The position numbers and the translations under genes were made by a program. Of a stretch of DNA of 64,000 nt, positions 39,343-49,704 are shown one piece after another (the stretch's first letter is position 1; each line of letters begins with the position of its first letter). Source of the DNA: an uncultured Gemmatimonadaceae bacterium (GTDB lineage: Bacteria; Gemmatimonadota; Gemmatimonadetes; Gemmatimonadales; Gemmatimonadaceae); contig CAVXGK010000001.1 in the NCBI GenBank assembly GCA_963761305.1, forward strand, positions 960,001 through 1,024,000, in the 5' to 3' direction. The notes below the pieces were generated by a model that saw only the letters and a program-made list of their open reading frames with translations, had not been told where the DNA came from and ran no database searches.

Positions 39343-41288
39343 TGCAGGCCAGCGTCGCCGGTAAGGCTTCCATCACGCCTGCCGTTCGACGAGCCGCCAC
39401 GTGGCTCGTCGGAATCGTGGTGGCCGGTTGCACGAGTGTGCAGACCGACACCGTGAACGGCGGCACGGTCGCTTCCGTTTCGGTCGCGCCGCCGACGACC
39501 ACGTTGTCGCTCGGATCGCAGGTCCCACTGCAAGCCGTGGTGCAGGACGCATCGGGCAACCCGGTCACCGGGGCGGACGTCTTCTGGTCCGTCCGCGATC
39601 CGAACATCGCGACGGTTTCCAGCGTGGGCGTCGTGACCGGCCTCGCGCTCGGCTCGACGCAGGTCGCGGCCAGCTCGAACGGCAAGTCGGGCATCGCCAC
39701 GATCACCGTGCAGAAGACGCCGGTGGCGAGCGTCGTCGTCACGCCGCCCCACGTCGACGCCGCGCCGGGCGTGCACACGCCCCTCACCGCGACGGCGTAC
39801 GACGCGGCGCAGAATCCGTTGACCGACCGCGTGATCACGTGGAGCACGAGCAGCGCGAGCGTCGCGACGGTCGACGCCAACGGCATGATGATCGCCGTCG
39901 GCCCGGGCAACGCGACGATCACGGCGACCTCGGAAGGCAAGAGCGGCACGGCGACGGTGACCGTGTCGCAGGCGCCCGTGGCGACGGTGGCGGTGACGCC
40001 AAGTCCGCTCTCGATGTCGGTGGGTCAATCGACGCAGCTCACGGCCACGCTCAAGGATGCGCAGGGCAACATCCTGAACGGCCGCGCCGTCACCTGGTCC
40101 AGCTCGAACTCCGGGGTCGCGACGGTGTCGGCCCAAGGTCTGGTGACAGCGGTCGCCGCGGGCGCCACGACGATCACGGCGACCAGCGAAACCAAGACGG
40201 GCAGCGACGCGGTGACGATCTCCAACGTGGCCGTCGGCTCGGTCGTCGTGCAGCCGCAGGGGCCGACGATCTTGCAGGGCACGAACGTGCAGCTCAGCGC
40301 GACGGTCCGCGACGTCAACGGCAACATCGTCACGGACCGCGTCGTGACCTGGACGTCGGCCAACACCTCAGTGGCGACGGTTTCGACGTCCGGAGTCGTG
40401 ACTGGCATAGGTTCCGGACAAGTCACGATCACCGCCACCAGCGAGGGCAAATCTGGAACGACGTCGGTCACCGTGACGCCGATCCCGGTCGCGAGCGTCG
40501 CGATTCAGCCGCCGAGCCCTGATACAGTGTTCATCGGCTACACGGCGCAGCTGACCGCCGTGACGAAAGACTCGGCGGGGGCAACCCTCCTCGGTCGGAC
40601 GATCGTCTGGCATTCCGACAACCCCGCGATCGCGACGATCGACGCGACCGGTCTCGTTACGGGTGTCGCCGCGTCGACGACGACGATCACGGCGACGAGC
40701 GAAGGCAAGACTGGATCCGCAACGCTAGTTTCCATGAAGGCGCCCGTAGGAAGCGTGGTCATCGCCCCGACAGTCGACTCGGTGACCGCCGCGGTCACGG
40801 CGCAGTTCACGGCCACCATCCGGGACGCGAAGGGCACGATCGTGACTGACCGGGCGATCAGCTGGAGCAGCAACCAGCCGACGCTCGTCAACGTCGCGCC
40901 GAACAACAATCCGACGGTGGTCGTTTCCGCAAGGAACAAGTCTCTGGGGCAAGTACTGATCATCGCCGCATCCGAGACGAAGGCCGATACGGCAACGGTG
41001 AACGTCATCGACGCCGTGGCGACGGTTCAGGTCACACCGATGAACCCGAACCTCAGTCTTGCGAGCAATCCGACCGTCCAACTCACCGCCACGTGCAGGG
41101 ACATGGCCAATACCGTCGTGACGGGTCGCACGATCAAATGGAGTTCGGCCAATCCAGCCATCGCGACGGTCGACGCGAATGGGCTGGTGACGGCGAAGAG
41201 CGTGGGCATGGTGCAGATCACGGCCACCCCTGTCTTCGACGTCGCCGGCGTGGCATCTCCGCCGGTCACGGTCAAGGTCACACCCTGA
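39342..41288 (+). CDS. lipoprotein with 7 bacterial Ig-like (Big_2-type) domains
   Basis: Lipobox VVAGC; ~85-aa repeats V.V.P...TW.S....ATV...G.V...G..TITATSEGK; ATG overlaps the kinase TGA. Confidence 0.9.
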   Translation: MQASVAGKASITPAVRRAATWLVGIVVAGCTSVQTDTVNGGTVASVSVAPPTTTLSLGSQVPLQAVVQDASGNPVTGADVFWSVRDPNIATVSSVGVVTGLALGSTQVAASSNGKSGIATITVQKTPVASVVVTPPHVDAAPGVHTPLTATAYDAAQNPLTDRVITWSTSSASVATVDANGMMIAVGPGNATITATSEGKSGTATVTVSQAPVATVAVTPSPLSMSVGQSTQLTATLKDAQGNILNGRAVTWSSSNSGVATVSAQGLVTAVAAGATTITATSETKTGSDAVTISNVAVGSVVVQPQGPTILQGTNVQLSATVRDVNGNIVTDRVVTWTSANTSVATVSTSGVVTGIGSGQVTITATSEGKSGTTSVTVTPIPVASVAIQPPSPDTVFIGYTAQLTAVTKDSAGATLLGRTIVWHSDNPAIATIDATGLVTGVAASTTTITATSEGKTGSATLVSMKAPVGSVVIAPTVDSVTAAVTAQFTATIRDAKGTIVTDRAISWSSNQPTLVNVAPNNNPTVVVSARNKSLGQVLIIAASETKADTATVNVIDAVATVQVTPMNPNLSLASNPTVQLTATCRDMANTVVTGRTIKWSSANPAIATVDANGLVTAKSVGMVQITATPVFDVAGVASPPVTVKVTP

Positions 41289-41289
41289 G

Positions 41290-44200
41290 ATGAGCTCCCG
41301 TCCGCGGGTGCATCAGCGTTTTCTGAAGCCCGCGGTACGACGGGCCGCCGCGTGGGCCGTGCTCATCGCGGTCGCCGCGTGCAGCCTCACGACGGAAGCC
41401 GTCCCCACGACCGACGTCGCGTCCGTCTCGGTCACGCCACCGACGATGACGCTGTCGGTCGGAGGGCAGGTTCCGCTGCAGGCGTTCGTGGAAGATGCGT
41501 TGGGGAAGCCGGTCGCGGGAACCAGCGTGTTCTGGTCCGTTCAGAATCCGACCATCGCCACGGTTTCGAGCACCGGCGTGGTGACCGGCATGGCAGTCGG
41601 ATCCACCGAGGTCTCGGCGAGCGCGAACGGCAAGTCGGGCATCGCGACGATCACCGTGCAGAAGGCACCGGTGGCGAGCGTCGTCGTCACACCGCCCCAC
41701 GTCGACGCCGCGCCGGGCGTGCACACGCCGCTCACCGCGACGGCGTACGACGCGGCGCAGAATGCGTTGACCGACCGCGCATTCACGTGGAGCACGAGCA
41801 ACGCGAGCGTCGCGACGGTCGACGCCAACGGCGTGATGATCGCCGTCGGCCAGGGCAGCGCGACGATCACGGCGACGTCGGAAGGAAAGATCGGCACGGC
41901 GACTGTCACCGTCTCGCAGGCGCCCGTGGCGACGGTGGCGGTGACGCCAAGTCCGCTCTCGATGTCGGTGGGTCAATCGACGCAGCTCACGGCCACGCTC
42001 GAGGACGCGCAAGGCAACGTCTTGAACGGACGTGTGGTGACCTGGTCCACGTCCAACTCCAACGTCGCCCTCGTCTCCTCGCAAGGAATGGTGACGGCCG
42101 TGGCGCAGGGAGCGGCGACGATCACCGCGACGAGTGAAGGCACCAGCGGCACGGCGTCGCTCACCGTCTCGAACGTGGCGGTCGGCTCGGTCACGGTGCA
42201 GCCGCAATCTCCGTCGATCCAGCAAGGGTCGAACGTGCAGCTCAGCGCCACGATTCGCGACGTGAACGGCGTGATCGTCACCGATCGCGTCATCACGTGG
42301 ACGTCGGGCAACGCGGCCGTGGCGACCGTGTCGAGTACCGGCGTCGTGACGGGAACAGGCGCGGGATCGGCGACGATCACCGCGACATGCGAAGGCAAAT
42401 CCGGCAGCTCGACGGTGACCGTGTCGCTGGTCCCCGTCGGAAGTGTGAGCGTGGCGCCGACGCCGGTGACGATTCGCATCAGCGGGACGACGACGCTCAT
42501 CGCCACCGTCAAGGACGTGAACGGCCTCGTCGTCACGAATCGCGGCGTGACCTGGTCGTCGAGCACTCCGGGTGTGGCGACTGTGTCGGCGGCGGGTGAA
42601 GTGACAGGCGTCGCGCTGGGCACGACGACGATCACGGCGACGAGCGAGACGAAGAGCGGCACGGCGTCCGTCACGGTGACCAACATTCCGGTCGGCAGCA
42701 TAACGCTGGCGCCGCTCACGAAGGGCTTGCTCGTCACGCAGACGGTGACGCTCACACCAACGGTCAAGGACAGTACGGGCGCCGTGGTGACCGACCGCCC
42801 GTTGACGTGGGGCTCGAGCGCGACGGGCGTGGCGACTGTATCGTCGGCCGGCGTGGTGACCGCGATCGCGCCGGGCACGGCGACCATCTCCGCGACGGCC
42901 GAAGGAAAAAGCGGGTCGAGCACGATCACCGTGTCGCCGATCCCAGTCGGCATCGTCGTCGTCACGCCGCCGTCTGACAGTCTCGCGGTCAACGGAACCA
43001 TTCAGCTCACGGCGACGACGGAAGATTCGGTCGGCGGGGTGCTCACCGGTCGCGTCGTGACATGGGGATCGAGCAACCCGGCCGCGGCCACTGTTTCGGC
43101 GACCGGACTGGTCACCGCGACAGCGAACGCCGGCGCGACGACGATCACCGCGACGAGCGAAGGCAAGAGCGGCACGTCGGCGATCACCGTGTACGTGCCC
43201 GTGGCGACGGTGACGGTCGCGCCACCGACGGCGACGATCTTCCTGGCGCAGACGCAGGCGTACACCGCGACGACGAAGGATGCGGGCGGGAACGTCCTCA
43301 CCGGACGGAAGGTGACGTGGGCCTCGGGCAATCCGAGCGTCGCCGCGGTGAACAGCACGTCGGGCGTGGCGACGGCGGCCGGACCGGGAACAACCACGAT
43401 CACGGCGACGAGCGAAGGCAAGTCGGGAACGGCGTCGCTCACGGTGCTGGTGCCGGTGGCGAACGTTCTCGTCGCTCCGCCGAGCGACAGCCTCGTGGTC
43501 AACGGAACCATTCAGCTCACGGCGACGCCGGTGGATTCGGTCGGTGGCGTGCTCACCGGTCGGACGGTCACGTGGGGATCGAGCAACCCGGCGGCGGCCA
43601 CGGTCTCGGCGACCGGCTTGGTCACGGCGGGCGCGAACGCCGGCACGACGACGATCACCGCGACGAGCGAAGGCAAGAGCGGCACCTCGGCGATCACGGT
43701 CTACGTTCCGGTGGCGACGGTCACGGTCACACCGACGCCAGTGAACCTGTTCGTGACGCAGACGCAGCAGTTCACCGCGACGACGAAGGACGCGGGCGGG
43801 AACGTCCTCACCGGCCGCAAGGTGACGTGGGGCTCGAGCAGTCCGCTCGTCGCGAGCGTGAGCACGTCGGGGCTCGCGACGGCGCTGCTCGTCGGGACGA
43901 CGACGATCACCGCGACGAGCGAAGGCAAGTCGGGCACTGCGACGCTGAACGTGGCGCTCGTGCCAGTGGCTACCGTGCACGTCAATCCGACGACGGACAG
44001 CCTGGTGGTCAACGGAACCATTCAGCTCACCGCGACGACGCTGGATTCGGTCGGCGGCACGCTTACCGGTCGCACGATCACGTGGGGATCGAGCAACCCG
44101 GCGGCAGCCACGGTCTCGGCGACAGGCCTCGTCACGGCCGGTGCGAACCCCGGCACGACGACGATCACGGCGACGAGCGAAGGCAAGAGCGGGACGTCGG

Positions 44201-45777
44201 CGATCACGGTGTACATCCCTGTCGCTTCGGTGACGGTCGCGCCGCCATCGGCGACCATTCTTCCGACACAGACACAGACGTTCACGGCGACAACGAAGGA
44301 CGTTGGCGGGAACGTCCTCACGGGCCGGCTCGTGACTTGGGGCTCGAGTGTTCCAGGTGTCGCGACGGTGAACTCGTCGGGAGTCGCGACGGCGGTCGGT
44401 CAGGGAACGACGACCATCACGGCGTCGAGCGAGGGCAAATCAGGAACGGCGTCGCTGACCGTGCTCGTACCGGTGGCGAACGTTCTCGTCTCTCCGACGA
44501 GTGATAGCCTCGTCGTCAACGGCAGCATTCAGCTGACGGCGACGCCGGTGGACGCGGGCAACAATCCGCTGGCCGGACGCACCGTGACGTGGGGCTCGAG
44601 CAACCCGGCCGCGGCCACGGTCTCGGCGACGGGCGTCGTCACCGCGACGGGAAACCCCGGCACGACGACCATCACCGCGACGAGTGAGGGCAAGAGCGGG
44701 ACGTCGGTGATCACCGTGTATGTCCCCGTCGCATCCGTGACCGTCGCGCCGCCCACGTCGAGCGTGACGGTCGGGAACACGACGACTCTCACGGCGACGA
44801 CGCTGGATGCGTCGAGCAACCCACTCACGGGACGGCTGATCACGTGGAACTCGCTGAACCCGACCGTGGCGACTGTTTCACCGACCGGGCTCGTCACCGT
44901 CGTGGGCCGAGGGACGGCGACGATCACGGCGACGAGCGAGGGCAAGTCGGGATCGGCGACGGTCACCGGCACCGCGGCGAGCGTGACGGTTGCTCCGGCG
45001 CCAACGACAACTTTCGTCACCGGCACCGTGACGTTGACGGCGACGGCGCTCGACGCTCACGGCGTGGCGCTTCCAGGTGTTCCAGCAACGGCGTTCGCCT
45101 GGTCGTCGGATGGTCCCGGATTCGCGACGGTGTCGACGAGCGGCGTCGTGACTGGCGTGGCGCTCGGCAGCGCGAACATCAGCGCGCAGATCGACGGCAA
45201 ATCCGGCGCGTCGACAGTGACGGTTCTCGCACCGCCGGTTGCGAGCGTGACCATCTCACCCCACGGCGCGACGATCTTCACAGGCGGCTCCGTTCCACTC
45301 ACCGCCGTGGTGAAAGACGTCAACGGGACCGACGTCACCGCCGGTCACCCTCCGGTGTGGTCGTCGACGGTTCCATCGGTCGCCTCGGTGACGGCGGCCG
45401 GCGTCGTGTTTGCGGCCGGACCGGGAACGACACAGATCACCGCCACGACTGACGGAAAGAGTGACACAGTGACCGTCACGGTTCTTGCGACCGTGGCAAG
45501 CATCACGATCACGCCGGCCGGCGACGTTACCATCGGTACGCCTGTGACACTCACGGCGAACTTGTTCGACGCGGCGCACAATCCGATCACCGGCCGATCC
45601 GTGACGTGGTCGATCAGCGTTGGCAGTACAATTGCGACGCTCACGCCGAGTGGGAACACCGCGCAAATCGCCGGCATTCTCGCGCAGACGGGGGTGACCA
45701 TCACGGCTTCATTGGTACCGCTCACCGGCGAGACCCCGCCGCCGCCCGGAACCCTCTCAGTCAACATCGTACCGTAG
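41290..45777 (+). CDS. lipoprotein with 17 bacterial Ig-like (Big_2-type) domains
   Basis: Lipobox VAAC; 17 Trp-centred repeats counted; no other domain. Confidence 0.92.
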   Translation: MSSRPRVHQRFLKPAVRRAAAWAVLIAVAACSLTTEAVPTTDVASVSVTPPTMTLSVGGQVPLQAFVEDALGKPVAGTSVFWSVQNPTIATVSSTGVVTGMAVGSTEVSASANGKSGIATITVQKAPVASVVVTPPHVDAAPGVHTPLTATAYDAAQNALTDRAFTWSTSNASVATVDANGVMIAVGQGSATITATSEGKIGTATVTVSQAPVATVAVTPSPLSMSVGQSTQLTATLEDAQGNVLNGRVVTWSTSNSNVALVSSQGMVTAVAQGAATITATSEGTSGTASLTVSNVAVGSVTVQPQSPSIQQGSNVQLSATIRDVNGVIVTDRVITWTSGNAAVATVSSTGVVTGTGAGSATITATCEGKSGSSTVTVSLVPVGSVSVAPTPVTIRISGTTTLIATVKDVNGLVVTNRGVTWSSSTPGVATVSAAGEVTGVALGTTTITATSETKSGTASVTVTNIPVGSITLAPLTKGLLVTQTVTLTPTVKDSTGAVVTDRPLTWGSSATGVATVSSAGVVTAIAPGTATISATAEGKSGSSTITVSPIPVGIVVVTPPSDSLAVNGTIQLTATTEDSVGGVLTGRVVTWGSSNPAAATVSATGLVTATANAGATTITATSEGKSGTSAITVYVPVATVTVAPPTATIFLAQTQAYTATTKDAGGNVLTGRKVTWASGNPSVAAVNSTSGVATAAGPGTTTITATSEGKSGTASLTVLVPVANVLVAPPSDSLVVNGTIQLTATPVDSVGGVLTGRTVTWGSSNPAAATVSATGLVTAGANAGTTTITATSEGKSGTSAITVYVPVATVTVTPTPVNLFVTQTQQFTATTKDAGGNVLTGRKVTWGSSSPLVASVSTSGLATALLVGTTTITATSEGKSGTATLNVALVPVATVHVNPTTDSLVVNGTIQLTATTLDSVGGTLTGRTITWGSSNPAAATVSATGLVTAGANPGTTTITATSEGKSGTSAITVYIPVASVTVAPPSATILPTQTQTFTATTKDVGGNVLTGRLVTWGSSVPGVATVNSSGVATAVGQGTTTITASSEGKSGTASLTVLVPVANVLVSPTSDSLVVNGSIQLTATPVDAGNNPLAGRTVTWGSSNPAAATVSATGVVTATGNPGTTTITATSEGKSGTSVITVYVPVASVTVAPPTSSVTVGNTTTLTATTLDASSNPLTGRLITWNSLNPTVATVSPTGLVTVVGRGTATITATSEGKSGSATVTGTAASVTVAPAPTTTFVTGTVTLTATALDAHGVALPGVPATAFAWSSDGPGFATVSTSGVVTGVALGSANISAQIDGKSGASTVTVLAPPVASVTISPHGATIFTGGSVPLTAVVKDVNGTDVTAGHPPVWSSTVPSVASVTAAGVVFAAGPGTTQITATTDGKSDTVTVTVLATVASITITPAGDVTIGTPVTLTANLFDAAHNPITGRSVTWSISVGSTIATLTPSGNTAQIAGILAQTGVTITASLVPLTGETPPPPGTLSVNIVP
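42940..44970 (+). repeat. intragenic tandem repeat of a two-domain unit (~510 bp x4)
   Basis: AACGGAACCATTCAGCTC at 42991, 43501 and 44011; variant at 44518. Confidence 0.85.
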
Positions 45778-45782
45778 CTGTC

Positions 45783-46877
45783 ATGAGTATTCGATCATTG
45801 GCCGCGCTCGGCGCGACGCTCGTTCCTCTCGCCATCCAGGCGCAGGCGCCGATTCCCAAGGAGCCGCTCAAGCAGCGGCCCGTCGTCGTGCGAATGCGCT
45901 CCGCGTGCAGCGGTGCCGTCGCCCAAACGTCATCGCCGACGGACGCTCAGCGTCGCGAAGCTCGCGACATGGCGCAGGCGGCGCGACAGTCGGCGATCCT
46001 CGGCGACACGGCCGCTGCGCTCAGCCAATTGCGCGGCGCGGCAGGCCTCGATCCCACCGACGCGAATCTCGCCTTCGAGCTGGCGCGCGCATACGAGAGC
46101 GCGGGCGCTCTCGCGAACGCCGCGTCGGAGTACTGCCGATTTCTGTCGCTTGCGCCGAACGCTTCCGAAGCATCCGAGGTCCGCACGCACGTCGCCGCGA
46201 TCGCGCCGCCCAAGCCCGACACGATCGTCACCGTCGAAGGGAACGCGTTCAAACGCGGCGTCGACGCGTACGGCAAGGACCAGCTCCCCGAAGCCGAGGC
46301 GTCGTTCGGCACGGTGATCAAGATCGATTCCACCTCGGCCGACGCGTTTTACGATCGCGCGGTCGTCCGCGCGGCACAGGAGCGGCGCGGCGACGCTGCC
46401 GACGACTTCGAACACTATTTGCGGATTCGCCCGGAAGCGGCCGACCGTGCCGGCGTCGTGGCGCGCATCAACGAGTTGCGCGCCGTGGGCCTCTCGGCCT
46501 CGGAAGCGTTCGGACTCGGCGTCGTCCTTCCGGGCGGCGGCCAGTTCTACACCCGGCGCCCGATCCGCGGAATGCTGTCGCTGATCGCGGTAGGCGGAGC
46601 GGCGGGGATCGCGCTGGTGTCCAAGACGACGACGACGACGAAGACACTGTCGGCCACAGACCCGTTCGGCAACCGCTACAACTACACGGTTCCCGTGCCG
46701 AACAAGTCGCGACCATACCTCATCCCGGGCCTGGCCGCCGCCGGCGGCATCGCGTTGGCCAGTGCGATCGACGCGGCCCTCTACGCGCACAACGTGCGTG
46801 CGGGCACCGGCTTGTCCGTCTCGCTCGTGCCGAGTGCCGGCGGCGTCGGCGTGTTCGCGTCGCTCAGGGTTCCCTGA
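45783..46877 (+). CDS. secreted TPR protein with C-terminal hydrophobic PGGGQFY segment
   Basis: Signal peptide; TPR-like helices (LDPTDANLAFELARAYE, AFYDRAVV, FEHYLRIRP); C-terminal hydrophobic helices and a terminal beta-strand. Confidence 0.82.
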   Translation: MSIRSLAALGATLVPLAIQAQAPIPKEPLKQRPVVVRMRSACSGAVAQTSSPTDAQRREARDMAQAARQSAILGDTAAALSQLRGAAGLDPTDANLAFELARAYESAGALANAASEYCRFLSLAPNASEASEVRTHVAAIAPPKPDTIVTVEGNAFKRGVDAYGKDQLPEAEASFGTVIKIDSTSADAFYDRAVVRAAQERRGDAADDFEHYLRIRPEAADRAGVVARINELRAVGLSASEAFGLGVVLPGGGQFYTRRPIRGMLSLIAVGGAAGIALVSKTTTTTKTLSATDPFGNRYNYTVPVPNKSRPYLIPGLAAAGGIALASAIDAALYAHNVRAGTGLSVSLVPSAGGVGVFASLRVP

Positions 46878-46990
46878 CGCGCGTCCCGCGGCGGTCTCGT
46901 CAGTTAGGCGATCGCGTGGAGCGAATCGTCAACGACGACGAGGGATCGCCGTAAACTGGATCAGCTCTTGCGGAGGGGTCTTCTCCTTCT

Positions 46991-49660
46991 GTGAGGGAGA
47001 AGAGCTTGCCTCGGGCGCGGCGCGGAATGGTTTGGATCGCGGCGACGATCGTGGCGGCGTGCAGCGCGGCAACGGACGTCGCGACTACGGCCAACGTCGC
47101 GACCGTGTCGATCGCGCCGCCGTCGACCACTGTGTCGATCGGCTCGCAGATTCCGCTTCAGGCGCTCGTCCAGGATCCCGGCGGGAAGACGATCCCCGCG
47201 ACGGACGTTTTCTGGTCCATCCAGGACTCCAGCATCGCGACGATCTCCAGTACCGGGGTCGTAACCGCGGTCGCACTCGGATCGACGCAGGTCGCGGCGA
47301 GTGTGAATGGCAAGTCGGGAATCGCCACGATCACCGTCGAGAAGACCCCGGTGGCAAGTGTGGTCGTCGCGCCCCCGCACGTGGATGCCGCGCCGGGCGC
47401 GCACACGCAGCTCGCGGCTGTCACGTATGACGCCGCGCAGAGTCCGCTCCCCGGCCGCGCCGTCACGTGGAGCACCAGCAACGCCGCCGTCGCCACGGTC
47501 GATGCGAATGGCATGGTGTCCGCCTTGAGTCCGGGCACCGCGACGATCACCGCCATGTCGGAGACCAAGACCGGTCTCGCGATCATTACGGTCTCGCAAG
47601 CCGCCGTCGCGAACGTGGCGGTGACGCCGAGTCCGCTGTCGATGTCGGTCGGCCAGACGACGCAGTTGACGGCCACGCTCAAGGACACCGTGGGCAACGT
47701 GCTGAATGCACGCGTGGTCGTGTGGTCCAGCGCCAACCCCGCGGTGGCCACGGTTTCATCGCAAGGCGTGTTGACGGCGATCTCGACCGGTCGTGCGACG
47801 ATCACCGCCACGAGCGAAGGCCGGAGCGGTACCGCCGACGTCACGATCACGAACGTGCCCGTCGGCTCGGTGACGATTCAGCCACAGGCACCATCGGTCG
47901 TGATCGGAACGAACGTGCAACTCAGCACGATCGTTCGCGACGCGAATGGCGACATCGTCACCGATCGCGTGGTGACGTGGGCGTCGAGCAATCCTGCGTC
48001 GGCGACGGTGTCGACGTCCGGCGTCGTGACGGGTGTTTCCGTTGGCAGCGCCACCATCACGGCGACGAGCGAAGGAAAATCCGCGACGACCATCGCCACG
48101 GTCATTCCGGTGCCGATCGGCAGCGTCACCGTCTCGCCGGCGACGGCGAGCACGCACATCGGATCGACGACGACTCTCACGGCCACCGTCAAAGATCAAA
48201 ACGGGACGGTGGTGACGAATCACATAGTCACCTGGACATCGAGTAACCCAGCCGTCGCCACGGTCGCGGGCGGTGTCGTCACCGGCGTCGCGCTCGGCAC
48301 CGCGACGATCACCGCGACGAGCGACGGAAGAAGCGGGACGGCGTCGGTGACCGTAGCGGGATTGCCCGTCGGCAGCGTGACCGTCGCACCGGCGAGCAAG
48401 GCGATGCTCGTCGCGCAGAATTTCGCGCTGTCCGTGACCGTGAAAGATTCAATCGGCGGCGTCGTCACCGATCGGCCTGTGTCGTGGAGCTCGAGCAATG
48501 CGAGCGTCGCGACCGTGTCGGCGTCGGGCGTCGTGACGGCCGTTGCCCCTGGCTCGGCGACGATCACCGCCACGAGCGAGACGAAGAGCGGCACCAGCGC
48601 GATCACAGTGTCGCCGGTGCCGGTGAGCTTCGTCGTCGTTCAACCGCCGCGCGATACGATGTTCGCCAGCACGACGTTCCAATTGACGGCGCAGACACAG
48701 GATTCCGTTCACGGTGTTCTCACCGGCAGAACCGTGACCTGGACGACGAACAACGCGTCGGTCGCCACCGTGTCGTCGACAGGAGTCGTCACCGCGACGT
48801 CCACCGGCGGCAACGCCACGATCACGGCCACCAGCGAGGGAAAGAGCGGCACGTCGGCGATCACCGTAGTCGTTCCGATCGCGACGGTCGCTGTCACGCC
48901 GGCGACCAAGAGCATCCTCGCCGGGGACACCGCGCCGTTCGCGGCGACGGTCAAGGACGCGCTGGGCAACGTTCTCAACGGCCGCGTCCTGCTCTGGAGC
49001 TCGAGCAACCCCGGTGTCGCCACCGTCTCGCCGACCGGAACAGCGACTGGCACCGGCGTCGGCGTCACGACCATCACCGCCACGGCGCCGCTCGAGGGGA
49101 AATCGGGCAGCGCGACGCTGACCGTCAACGCCGCTTCAGTCAGCGTGACGCCGTCACCGGACTCCGCGTACATCGGGCAGACGGCGACGCTGACTGCGAC
49201 GGCCAAAGACAAGAACGGGAATCCGGTGCCGGCGCAGGGCTTCAGCTGGAGTTCGACCAACTCTGGCGTCGCCACCGTGTCGCAAGCGGGGCTGGTGACC
49301 GCTGTAGCCGCGGGCTCGGCGAACATCGTCGCCACGCTCACCGGTCAATCCGGCCAAGCCACCTTCAAGGTCCTCGCGCCGGTGGCAACCGTCACCGTGT
49401 CTCCGTCGAATCCACCGGCGATCGCGACCGGCAAGAACGTGGCGCTGCAAGCGGCGCTCAAGGATGCGTCGAACGCCCCTATTGGCCCGGGTCGCGTGGT
49501 CACGTGGTCGACCAACGACACCAGCGGCATCGTCACCATCACACCGACGGCGGGGACCTACAACGCGACGGTGAGAGGCAACAAGGTTGGTACCGTCACC
49601 ATCACGGCGACCAGCGAGGGCAGGACGGGAACGGCGACCGTTACCGTGACGAAGAACTGA
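46991..49660 (+). CDS. lipoprotein with 10 bacterial Ig-like (Big_2-type) domains
   Basis: Lipobox IVAAC; 10 repeats; first four colinear with those of the other two Ig proteins. Confidence 0.9.
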   Translation: MREKSLPRARRGMVWIAATIVAACSAATDVATTANVATVSIAPPSTTVSIGSQIPLQALVQDPGGKTIPATDVFWSIQDSSIATISSTGVVTAVALGSTQVAASVNGKSGIATITVEKTPVASVVVAPPHVDAAPGAHTQLAAVTYDAAQSPLPGRAVTWSTSNAAVATVDANGMVSALSPGTATITAMSETKTGLAIITVSQAAVANVAVTPSPLSMSVGQTTQLTATLKDTVGNVLNARVVVWSSANPAVATVSSQGVLTAISTGRATITATSEGRSGTADVTITNVPVGSVTIQPQAPSVVIGTNVQLSTIVRDANGDIVTDRVVTWASSNPASATVSTSGVVTGVSVGSATITATSEGKSATTIATVIPVPIGSVTVSPATASTHIGSTTTLTATVKDQNGTVVTNHIVTWTSSNPAVATVAGGVVTGVALGTATITATSDGRSGTASVTVAGLPVGSVTVAPASKAMLVAQNFALSVTVKDSIGGVVTDRPVSWSSSNASVATVSASGVVTAVAPGSATITATSETKSGTSAITVSPVPVSFVVVQPPRDTMFASTTFQLTAQTQDSVHGVLTGRTVTWTTNNASVATVSSTGVVTATSTGGNATITATSEGKSGTSAITVVVPIATVAVTPATKSILAGDTAPFAATVKDALGNVLNGRVLLWSSSNPGVATVSPTGTATGTGVGVTTITATAPLEGKSGSATLTVNAASVSVTPSPDSAYIGQTATLTATAKDKNGNPVPAQGFSWSSTNSGVATVSQAGLVTAVAAGSANIVATLTGQSGQATFKVLAPVATVTVSPSNPPAIATGKNVALQAALKDASNAPIGPGRVVTWSTNDTSGIVTITPTAGTYNATVRGNKVGTVTITATSEGRTGTATVTVTKN

Positions 49661-49704
49661 GGCCGTGCGAGCAATTACGAAGCGGACGGCGCTTCGCTCG
49701 GCGC

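Noticed and set aside
39342..49660. CRISPR array or DGR template/variable repeat suggested by the recurring DNA repeats
   Set aside because: Repeats are in-frame Ig domains with mostly synonymous variation; no spacers, no adenine-specific pattern noticed, no cas or RT gene
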